NCBI GenBank assembly: GCA_019634625.1
Contig: JAHCBA010000002.1
Span: 78,114 to 142,113 of the forward strand
From: Verrucomicrobiia bacterium
Lineage (GTDB): Bacteria; Verrucomicrobiota; Verrucomicrobiia; Limisphaerales; CAIMTB01
DNA length: 64,000 bases
Direction of reading: 5' to 3'
Of the stretch, positions 37,455-45,773 are shown in pieces. Made by a program: the position numbers and the translations under genes. The number at the start of each line of letters is the position of its first letter. Position 1 is the stretch's first letter. Below the pieces are notes generated by a model. It was given only the letters and a program-made list of their open reading frames with translations, made no database searches and was not told where the DNA came from.

Positions 37455-38115
37455 AAACTGATAAATGCATGGCTATATATTTGTGAAAGTAAACTTTACT
37501 GCCACTGCCTCAATACGGGCCGTGTCAAACTTTATTCGCCTGGCCTTTTCCGCGACAACCCTTTGGGCGACGGCTCTTTCGGCTTGGGCCTGCGTTGGCT
37601 CGACCGTTACAGCCCGCTGCGGGGATGCGCCGGCCTCACCGTCACGCGGCTGCGGGACCAAAACCCCTCGTCGCAGGGCTCCTTGCAGTTTTCAGCCAGC
37701 CTCTTAGGCAGGGACGTTGAGTCAACAAATTACCTGTTCGATTGTCTGCCAAATCCACCGATCGATCGACCCCCCACGCCATGAGCCCCCTTCCATGGTC
37801 TCGCCGAATCCGCCTGCGCTCGGTCCCATACCGCCGTCAACTGCATTTCGAGATCCTCAGGCCGATGGACGCCATAACACTTTGAACATCAATATGATAA
37901 AAACAGATCCTGCACCTGGCTCCCACGGCCGACCAGACCCCACTTCCGGGAGGTTCTGGGTAAAGGATCGTCTCCCTTGACGCCTTGCAATGAAAGTGGG
38001 TAGAAAGCCGCACGTAAGGGCCGGGTGTTATGCAATTTTGTTAGGCTCAATTGCGCCACGGCGATTCTGCAGCCCGATCCTAACCCGCACGTAATCAGTC
38101 CATAAGAAACATCTC

Positions 38116-38811
38116 ATGACGTATTCCACCAAACTGGCCACCGCCGCGTTGGCACTGGCGCTGGCCACTGGCGCTCACGCCACCCAGATCGTCTACAACA
38201 ATCTGGTCAACCCGCTTGGCAATTACATCGGCGGATTCCCGTACGAGGAAGTGGCCGACGATATCCAGCTCAGCGGCTCGGCCCGGATTTTCGAATCCAT
38301 CACCGTCGGGTACGCTGGGTTCAACTTCGACGGGGACGAAACCCTGACAGTGAGCCTGTACCGGATGGACGGAGCCCCGACCCCGGGCAGCTTCGGCTTC
38401 AACACGCCGGGAAGCCTCCTCTTTTCGAGCACCGTGCCGATCGGCGCGACCGATGGGACCACCCTGACCATCCCGGGCAACGGCATCATCCTGCCGGATT
38501 ATCTGGGCGTGGGCTTCAGCTTCGGCGGTGTGGACTTCGATCCGACCGGAGCCGGTTCCGACGGCGGCCCCCTGCTGTTCGATCCGATTGGCGAAGGCTC
38601 CAGCTTCGAGGACTACTGGCTGCGCGGGTACCCGAACCCGGGCGATCCCTGGGCGCTCTTCACTTTCGGAGGCGAACCGCCGGTCAACCTCGGCATTCAG
38701 ATTTCCGCTCGTTCCAGCGGGGTGCCGGATGCCGGCTCGACCCTCGGTTTGACCGGCCTTGCCGCGCTCGGCCTGCTCGCTGTTGCACGCCGCGGGCGTC
38801 GGACTGCCTGA
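38116..38811 (+). CDS. PEP-CTERM sorting-domain secreted protein
   Basis: Signal peptide MTYSTKLATAALALALATGAHA. C-terminus VPDAGSTLGLTGLAALGLLAVARRGRR. Confidence 0.85.
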   Translation: MTYSTKLATAALALALATGAHATQIVYNNLVNPLGNYIGGFPYEEVADDIQLSGSARIFESITVGYAGFNFDGDETLTVSLYRMDGAPTPGSFGFNTPGSLLFSSTVPIGATDGTTLTIPGNGIILPDYLGVGFSFGGVDFDPTGAGSDGGPLLFDPIGEGSSFEDYWLRGYPNPGDPWALFTFGGEPPVNLGIQISARSSGVPDAGSTLGLTGLAALGLLAVARRGRRTA

Positions 38812-38836
38812 CCCTCAAGCCCCTTTCGCAACCCAT

Positions 38837-38872
38837 GGCCCGCGGGACTGCCGCGGGCCCTTTTCTTTTTTT
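38837..38872 (+). terminator. Intrinsic terminator
   Basis: 9-bp stem GGCCCGCGG / CCGCGGGCC with loop GACTG, followed by TTTTCTTTTTTT. Lies 26 nt after the stop at 38811. Confidence 0.8.
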
Positions 38873-38921
38873 GAGGCACCGCTGGGTTGAGCGCCGAAAG
38901 CACTGGAGCCTACGCTCCGGC

Positions 38922-41033
38922 ATGCGCTGGAAGGCAACCGACATCGTGAAGAGCTTGGCCGGCCGGCTTTCGGCAGCCATCCCCGGCCTGGGCCGCATCC
39001 TTGGCATTCTATCCTGCCTCGTCTCCGTGTCGGCCGCCGCCGACCGGGCTGTCGAGGGCAGACTGGACGCCTTCCTCGGCAGCCCGCGCTTCGAAATCGA
39101 GCAGATCTTCACCCGGGATCGCTTCCCGAACGTCGTGGTGGCCCGTGACGGTTCCGTGCTGGCGTTCTGGAACGGAGTGGTCGTTCGCCGCAGCGAGGAC
39201 GGCGGTCAGACCTGGGGCGACGAGATTCCCGTCGGCAAGGGCTTCATGGGCGGCGGCGTCATCGTGGATGAATCGAGCGGCGACATCCTGGCCTTTGTGG
39301 AAGCCGGGCATCCCCCCAGTCCCCTCACCGTCCATCGTTCCCGCGATCACGGCCGGACCTGGCAACCCCAGGAGACCGTCGTCCGGGGCAATCAGGCCGG
39401 GAACGTCCCGGCCATGCACATGAACGAGCGCGGCATCACCCTGCGCCATGGCCCGCATCGGGGGCGGCTCATCCGGCCCAGTCGCTGGTACGCCGATGCC
39501 AACTACCCACAGGAGCACTGGCCCAGACACTACACGGACGCGATCTACAGCGATGACGGCGGGAAAACGTGGCAGGCCAGCGAGCCCTTCCCGGTGATGG
39601 GCACGGGCGAGGCCGCGATCGTCGAACTCTCCGACGGCCGCCTCTACTACAACTCGCGACGTCACTGGGCGCCCACTCGGGCAGAGGCGCTGCATCGCTG
39701 GGTGGCGTGGAGTTCCGACGGGGGGGCCACCTGGACCGACCCGGCGCAGTCGTCGATCCTCCCCGACGGCAATCTCGACAGCACCTACGGCCTGATGGGC
39801 GGTCTGGTGCGTCTGCCGGTCCAGGGCCGCGACATCCTTGTTTTCAGCAACATCGACAGCGCCGAAGGCCGCCGCAACGGCATGGTCTGGGCCAGCTTCG
39901 ACGGTGGCCGGACCTGGCCGGTCCGCCGCGGAGTCCATCCAGGCTCCTTCGCCTATTCCTCGATCGATGCCGGCCGCCCAGGCACCTCCTCCGAGGGCTG
40001 GATCTATTTGTTCTTCGAGGGTGGCCCACGAAGCGGCGGCACCATGGCCCGGTTCAACCTGGCGTGGCTCCTTGGCGGCGAACCCACCGGCAACGGCGCG
40101 GTGCCCGGCTGGCTGGCCGAAGCGGCCGTCACCCGATCGAGCGCCGCGTCCGGCACCGTCACCGTCACCGACCGCGTCCGCCTGATGACCTACAACCTCT
40201 GGATTGGCGGTGAGTCCGGAGGCCAGCCGTTGACCCAGTCCGCCCTGGTGATTCAGGCCGCCCAGGCGGACATCGTTGGCCTTCAGGAAGGACACGGCCA
40301 ACGCCGTCCCGACGGCACCCATCCCGACAACGCTGCGGAAATCGCCAAACTGCTCGGCTGGAATCACGCCCCTCAGGTCGGCGGCCGGTCCGTCCTCAGT
40401 CGATTTCCCATCGCCGGGGTCACCGCGGGACGCCAGGGGGCGATTGTCGTGCTCCCCTCGGGACGCCACCTCCATGTGTTCAACGTCCATCTCGCCGCCA
40501 GTCCCTATCAACCCTACCAGCTTCTGCGCATCCCCTACGGCAACGCGCCGTTCCTCGAGACGGCCGACGCCCTTGTGGAGGCGGCCGAGGCGGCCAGGGG
40601 GGCCGGCGTGACGGCGCTCCTCGATGAACTCGTTCCACGGGTCCAGGCCGGCGACGCCGTGGTCCTCACCGGGGACTTCAACGAACCTTCGCACCAGGAC
40701 TGGACTCCGGTCGCGGTCGCGGCCGGTCTGGCGCCAATGGCCGTGCCGTATCCCACCACCCGGCGGATCGTCGCTGCGGGGATGACCGATGCCTACCGGG
40801 CGGTGCACCCGGATCCTGTGACGCATCCGGCCTGGACCTGGACTCCGATCACCCGAGAGGACGATCCTGAAGACCGACACGACCGCATCGACATGATCTT
40901 CACCGGGCCGGGCATCGCGGCAACCTCCGCCACCGTGGTCGGGGAACGACCCGAACGCGCCGACATCGTGGTGCGCCCCTACCCTTCCGATCACCGGGCG
41001 GTGGTGGCGGTGATTGAACTCCGCGGCCCCTGA
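38922..41033 (+). CDS. Fusion: BNR/Asp-box sialidase-like beta-propeller + endonuclease/exonuclease/phosphatase (EEP) domain
   Basis: Five Asp-boxes (SEDGGQTW, SRDHGRTW, SDDGGKTW, SSDGGATW, SFDGGRTW). The EEP blocks are MTYNLWIGG, IVGLQE, LTGDFNEPSHQDW and PSDHRAVVAVIEL. The ATG at 38922 lies downstream of the terminator. Confidence 0.8.
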   Translation: MRWKATDIVKSLAGRLSAAIPGLGRILGILSCLVSVSAAADRAVEGRLDAFLGSPRFEIEQIFTRDRFPNVVVARDGSVLAFWNGVVVRRSEDGGQTWGDEIPVGKGFMGGGVIVDESSGDILAFVEAGHPPSPLTVHRSRDHGRTWQPQETVVRGNQAGNVPAMHMNERGITLRHGPHRGRLIRPSRWYADANYPQEHWPRHYTDAIYSDDGGKTWQASEPFPVMGTGEAAIVELSDGRLYYNSRRHWAPTRAEALHRWVAWSSDGGATWTDPAQSSILPDGNLDSTYGLMGGLVRLPVQGRDILVFSNIDSAEGRRNGMVWASFDGGRTWPVRRGVHPGSFAYSSIDAGRPGTSSEGWIYLFFEGGPRSGGTMARFNLAWLLGGEPTGNGAVPGWLAEAAVTRSSAASGTVTVTDRVRLMTYNLWIGGESGGQPLTQSALVIQAAQADIVGLQEGHGQRRPDGTHPDNAAEIAKLLGWNHAPQVGGRSVLSRFPIAGVTAGRQGAIVVLPSGRHLHVFNVHLAASPYQPYQLLRIPYGNAPFLETADALVEAAEAARGAGVTALLDELVPRVQAGDAVVLTGDFNEPSHQDWTPVAVAAGLAPMAVPYPTTRRIVAAGMTDAYRAVHPDPVTHPAWTWTPITREDDPEDRHDRIDMIFTGPGIAATSATVVGERPERADIVVRPYPSDHRAVVAVIELRGP

Positions 41034-41090
41034 GCCCGCCAATGGTAACAGCAGGGGTCTGACCCCAGGACCCGGTGGATCCCGGGGGCA

Positions 41091-44000
41091 TCAGGGAACG
41101 AGTTCCAGCCGGTAGAACCACGGGCCCGGACCGGTGGCACTGGCATCGAGATGGAGGTTGGTCGGGGGCGTGGCGACGATGCCGTGGGCGACCGCCTGAT
41201 ATGGGCCGTGGACCGCGGAGGCCCGGAGCACGCGATACCGCCGGTCCGCCCTCGACGACCAGCGGAGTTCGATGCCCCCGCCGGCCGCACGCCGGATTCC
41301 CCTCGGATCCAACCCGAACCGATCGTCGGCCCGGGTGGGATCGGTGCCTGCCAGGTATTCGGCGATGTCCGACTGACCGTCGCCGTCGCGATCGGACCGT
41401 CCCGAGACGTGGGGGAGCGCCCCTCCGAATTGTCGTCGCCAGGCGAGGTAATCGAGGGCCGCTTCGAGGACGTAGTCCCGCTGGAGGGCGTCATCGAAGC
41501 TGCGACCGGGATCCACGGCGATGGCCGGGGCGATCCCATGGTCTTCGAAGGGGCGTTGTTCGGCATCATAGGCGATCCAACGGCTGATCGAGTACTCGAT
41601 GTCGAGTGCCTGGAGGGTGCGGGCTTCGGGATGGCCCGAGGCGCCACGGGTTCGGTCACCCATGAGCACGGCGTTGGGACAGACCTGCATCATGAGGGTG
41701 AACCATTCCGCGGAACTCATGCAGCGCTGGCCAATCAGGACCGCGACCGGTTGGAGCACAGGACCCGAGGCGGCCGGCTGAAGGGTCTTTTCGAGGAACG
41801 GCTCGAAGGTGTGGGGGCGGGACTTGGGGATCCGGTACCGCACGTACCCGTAGGTCCGCGTTTCGTGGATGAACCGGGAGGCGATGCGGGCGGCGTTGGC
41901 TTCGTTGCCACCGCTGTTGTTGCGGAGGTCGAGGATCCATCCCTCGGCGCCGGCGTGGGTGGCGAAGACCGCATCCAGGTCCGCATCGGTGATCGTCGAG
42001 AAGGCTCCCTGGTCCAGGGTATCGACAACCAGGTGGGCGATGTTGCCCGTCAATCGCGCGTGATAGAGCACGTTGGCATCGCGGAGATTCGCGTAGTCCG
42101 AGCCTCCGGTGTAGCCGGCATAGAGCGTCAGGGGATGGTTCCGGGGATACTCGCCGCGGTATCCCAGCCACGTGCCGTCCGGGAGCCGGACGTTGACATG
42201 CCAGTCGTGGAGGATCTGGAGGACATCGTTGAGGCGTTGACCGAACTGCGCGGGAGCAAGGCCCTGGAACCCGGGCCGTTCGGACTCGAGCACCGCGTCC
42301 CAATCAACGCCCTTGTGTCCGAAGTAGGAATAGCGGTCTTCGAAGTCCTGCCACACCTCCTGCCACGGATCGGAGGCCGGGCCGGTGTCTCCGGTGCCCG
42401 CGAGGCCGAGGGCGATGTCCGGCTGCCCGGGCGCCGTGGTCCGGAAGCGAAGCGTCGCAACGTGCGGTCCGGCGCTCGCGGGGGTGAAGGACACCTCCAG
42501 GGACTGAAGGCGCCCGGGTGCCAGGCGTGCGTCGAGGGGCGACACCAGGCGGAAGGCGTCTGTCGCGGCGCCTTCCAGGGAGGCCCCGATGAGTTCGAGG
42601 TCGGCGTTGCCGGTATTCCGGACTTCAAGAGTGCGCCCGAGGGTGCCGCCGGTGGCGACGATTCCGAAATCGAGGCTGGCGGGGGAGACTTCAAGGCGAC
42701 CGGCGGGCGGCGCGTAGCTGCCGGTGCGGAAGGCGACGGGATAGACGAGTTCCGCGACCGACCAAAGGAGGGCGGAAGGGGCCCCTGGCACGAGGGCATC
42801 GCGGTCGGCGGACAGCATGGCCTCATGGAGGAAATGCAGTCCGTCACGCCAGGTGCTGAAGACCAGCCGTCGATCATCGCCGCGGAGGGAAGGGGTGGCG
42901 AGGATGGGGAGTCCCGAGAGGAGGACGCCGAGCCGGTTCTGGCCAAGATCGAGGGACACCATGCCGAGGGTGACTTGGCCGTTGGTGGTGAACACGTAGT
43001 CCGCAACGAGATATCCCGGCAGGGTATGCGCGGGGGACGGATTGCCCACCTGAAGGCCGGGACTGAGGGGTAGCAGGAGGCGGCATTGCAGATCCTTGAC
43101 CCGCAGCGCGAAGAGCCCCCAACAGCCGTAGTCCGCCTGGGCCAGGCTGCCTTCGGTCCAGGCATCGAAGTACAGGACGTCCCCGATACAATTGAAGGCG
43201 AGGACATCGGCGAAGCCAGCGGCCAGGTCGTCTCCGTTTCGATTGGGGATCCGGATTTCACCGGTCAGCACCGCGTCCGCCGCCACGTCGAGCACATGAA
43301 TGCGGTGATCGAAGGCCATGGTGGTAAAGGCGACGCGGGTCAGGTCCTTGGACAGGGCGATGGTGCGGATATCGCCGGTGTCGGTGAGGGGTTCATCGGT
43401 CGCGGAGCCGTCGGTCCAATAGACATTGTGGTCCTCGCCAACGTAGAGCGCCCAGGTGCCGTCGCCGGAAACGGCAGGACGGACGGGTTGGAGGAGGTTG
43501 AACGACACGGCTTCGAACTGCTGGGCATCCATGACGAAGAAGCTGTAGCCCAGGAGCAGATTGAACCATGGATCGCGCTCGGCCCGGAGGAAGACGACCC
43601 GTTCGTCGCCGGTGGTGGCGGGAACCGGCGTGGGAGGCGGGGTGGCCTCGCCGTCGAGAATCCCGACGGCATCGAAGGCGGCGGCAACGACGCCGGCCTC
43701 GGTTCCGCCAGGATGAAGATCCGTGGCCGCGGCGACCGCGGCCCGCCGGTAATCGATGAAGGCCGAGTACTGCGTCATGTAGCGGGTGAGGGCGCGATAG
43801 ACGATGCGCTCGGCCCGGGCGCGTCCGAGGCCTCCGGGTCCATCGGCGAAGAGGAAGGCGGCGTAGCTGGGGATGGTGGAATTGACATGCACGCCGCCGA
43901 GGTCGCCCTCGGGGGTGTTGGGCAGGTTGCGGTACTCGGCCATGGTTTTGGGGCCCGGTTCCTTGACGTTTGGGTTTGCAGGATTGCTGAGATCCCTCCA

Positions 44001-45686
44001 GGCGGCGTGCGGCAGGGAACCCATGGTATCCTCGCCCAGCAGCCAGTCGTCTCGATCGACCATGCAGGCGAAGAAGTCGGCCATGTGTTCGTGGAGGGCG
44101 CCGGGCTGGTTTTCGTAGCGGAAGGCGGCGGCGTTATCGACGACACCGTGGGTCAGTTCGTGGGCGGCGATATCGAGGGCGGCAGGGAGCATTCCGGGGG
44201 CCGTGTGTTGCTCGCCATCCCCGAAGACCATGAGGTTCAGGTTGGGATTGAAGAAGGCGTTGTCCTGGTAGAGCCGGCCCTGGGAATCCTTGAACCGGGC
44301 ATGGATCAGGCCCGTGATGTTGATCCCCCGACCGTCGAATGAGCGGCGTTGATGGGTTTCCTCGTAGTACCGGTAGATCTCGCGGAAATGGTTCATCACG
44401 CTCACCACCGTGGGATCCCAGGCGTTGGGGTGGTTGGCCCGGGCGTAGCCGACCCCTTCGCGCAGCGCCACCTCGACATCGCGCTGTCCGACATCGAACA
44501 CGCAAATGGCGCCGGCCATGTTCGTGTACACCGGGGGTTGCGACCGGGCGGCGTCGTACATCGGCAGCGAGGTGTCGATCGCCAGAAACTCCGAACCCTG
44601 CTGCCAGGAGTGCACCGGGCGCGACTGCCCAAGCAGATCCGCCGCTCCTCCCACCGCCGCAGCGCGATAAACCGTGGGCGTGACCCGGAGGACGCTTCCA
44701 TCCGATGCGGCCAGATACACCCGCCAGCCGGAGCCGACCGAGGGAACCAGCTCCACCCGGTAGGCAGGGACAGGACTGACCTGCGGGTTCCAGTAGTAGA
44801 GACGGGTGACCGTCGGGGGAACGAGTGGCGGCCCGACAGCGTTCACGGCAGCCCGGACCCGTTCGATCGCCCCGGCGTCATCGAGGGAGAACACCGGACG
44901 ATCGAGTCCCGCCGGGGTGGCGGCATAGGCGCCGCCGATTCCGACGGGAATTCCGGCCGGGCTGAAGTGGACCACCACCTGGGCTCCGTCGATGGGGAAG
45001 CCATGGTGTTGCCGATTAAGCCGGACATGGATCATGCCGAGTTCGTCGGCGTCCGGATCCTGGGCGACCCATTCGGCGTCCGGATCCCGGATGCGCATCA
45101 GGCGGGCCAGGGACGACACCGTGGCCATGGCCATGCCCGCGTAGTCGGCCCGTTCCCGGGCCGCGGCATACGCCGGATTGCCTTCGGCAAGGAACGACAG
45201 ATCCCCCCGCAACCAGCGCAGGGTTCCGCTGGGACCATCCATCTGGAGGGAACCGCCGGGTCCGATCCGGTCCGCCACCGCATCGATGGCGGCCTGCTGT
45301 TCCGCGTCCAGGCCTCGGCGTCCGCGATCGCGAGGCTGACCGCGGAGAGGCGCTCGAGACGCCCCGGTGTCGGGACCGACCCTGGCGCGAAGACCGTCAA
45401 GGATCTGCCGGGCGACCCGGTCGCGAGCGGCCTCCACGCCCAGTGGATCCCCCGGACGTTCCCGCGCGTTCCGGGCGCGCTCGATCAGATCGGGCGCCTT
45501 GTCGAGCCTCGTGGCCCGCTCCGGATCGCGGACGGCCACGGCATTCGTGGGGATGACGGTGAGGGCGGTGATACTGAAGTCCGCCGGCCGGCGGTCCGGT
45601 GCTGCAAGCCGGCTGATCCACAGCCACCCGGCAACTGCCAGGAGAAGGCCGGTGGCGATCCAACCGGCGAGGCGACGCTGTTTCAT
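41091..45686 (-). CDS. Giant secreted multidomain protease: M4 (thermolysin-like) + beta-propeller + ASH/PapD-like + S41 peptidase + TSP3-like C-terminal module
   Basis: N-terminal anchor LLLAVAGWLWI. M4 motifs are AAHELTHGVV...GALHEHMADFF...GGVHVNSTIP. S41 motifs are WILDLRNNSGGN and VLIGQRCMSSAEWF. The C-terminus has DRDGDGQSDIAEYLAGTDPTRAD. Confidence 0.8.
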   Translation of the reverse strand: MKQRRLAGWIATGLLLAVAGWLWISRLAAPDRRPADFSITALTVIPTNAVAVRDPERATRLDKAPDLIERARNARERPGDPLGVEAARDRVARQILDGLRARVGPDTGASRAPLRGQPRDRGRRGLDAEQQAAIDAVADRIGPGGSLQMDGPSGTLRWLRGDLSFLAEGNPAYAAARERADYAGMAMATVSSLARLMRIRDPDAEWVAQDPDADELGMIHVRLNRQHHGFPIDGAQVVVHFSPAGIPVGIGGAYAATPAGLDRPVFSLDDAGAIERVRAAVNAVGPPLVPPTVTRLYYWNPQVSPVPAYRVELVPSVGSGWRVYLAASDGSVLRVTPTVYRAAAVGGAADLLGQSRPVHSWQQGSEFLAIDTSLPMYDAARSQPPVYTNMAGAICVFDVGQRDVEVALREGVGYARANHPNAWDPTVVSVMNHFREIYRYYEETHQRRSFDGRGINITGLIHARFKDSQGRLYQDNAFFNPNLNLMVFGDGEQHTAPGMLPAALDIAAHELTHGVVDNAAAFRYENQPGALHEHMADFFACMVDRDDWLLGEDTMGSLPHAAWRDLSNPANPNVKEPGPKTMAEYRNLPNTPEGDLGGVHVNSTIPSYAAFLFADGPGGLGRARAERIVYRALTRYMTQYSAFIDYRRAAVAAATDLHPGGTEAGVVAAAFDAVGILDGEATPPPTPVPATTGDERVVFLRAERDPWFNLLLGYSFFVMDAQQFEAVSFNLLQPVRPAVSGDGTWALYVGEDHNVYWTDGSATDEPLTDTGDIRTIALSKDLTRVAFTTMAFDHRIHVLDVAADAVLTGEIRIPNRNGDDLAAGFADVLAFNCIGDVLYFDAWTEGSLAQADYGCWGLFALRVKDLQCRLLLPLSPGLQVGNPSPAHTLPGYLVADYVFTTNGQVTLGMVSLDLGQNRLGVLLSGLPILATPSLRGDDRRLVFSTWRDGLHFLHEAMLSADRDALVPGAPSALLWSVAELVYPVAFRTGSYAPPAGRLEVSPASLDFGIVATGGTLGRTLEVRNTGNADLELIGASLEGAATDAFRLVSPLDARLAPGRLQSLEVSFTPASAGPHVATLRFRTTAPGQPDIALGLAGTGDTGPASDPWQEVWQDFEDRYSYFGHKGVDWDAVLESERPGFQGLAPAQFGQRLNDVLQILHDWHVNVRLPDGTWLGYRGEYPRNHPLTLYAGYTGGSDYANLRDANVLYHARLTGNIAHLVVDTLDQGAFSTITDADLDAVFATHAGAEGWILDLRNNSGGNEANAARIASRFIHETRTYGYVRYRIPKSRPHTFEPFLEKTLQPAASGPVLQPVAVLIGQRCMSSAEWFTLMMQVCPNAVLMGDRTRGASGHPEARTLQALDIEYSISRWIAYDAEQRPFEDHGIAPAIAVDPGRSFDDALQRDYVLEAALDYLAWRRQFGGALPHVSGRSDRDGDGQSDIAEYLAGTDPTRADDRFGLDPRGIRRAAGGGIELRWSSRADRRYRVLRASAVHGPYQAVAHGIVATPPTNLHLDASATGPGPWFYRLELVP

Positions 45687-45773
45687 CTTTGGCCCTTGGG
45701 TTGCGCACGGGTCGGAGGGTGTCCGATGACCGGCTGCCAGGGCCGGGCGGCCGGTGACGACATCCCCGATCCG

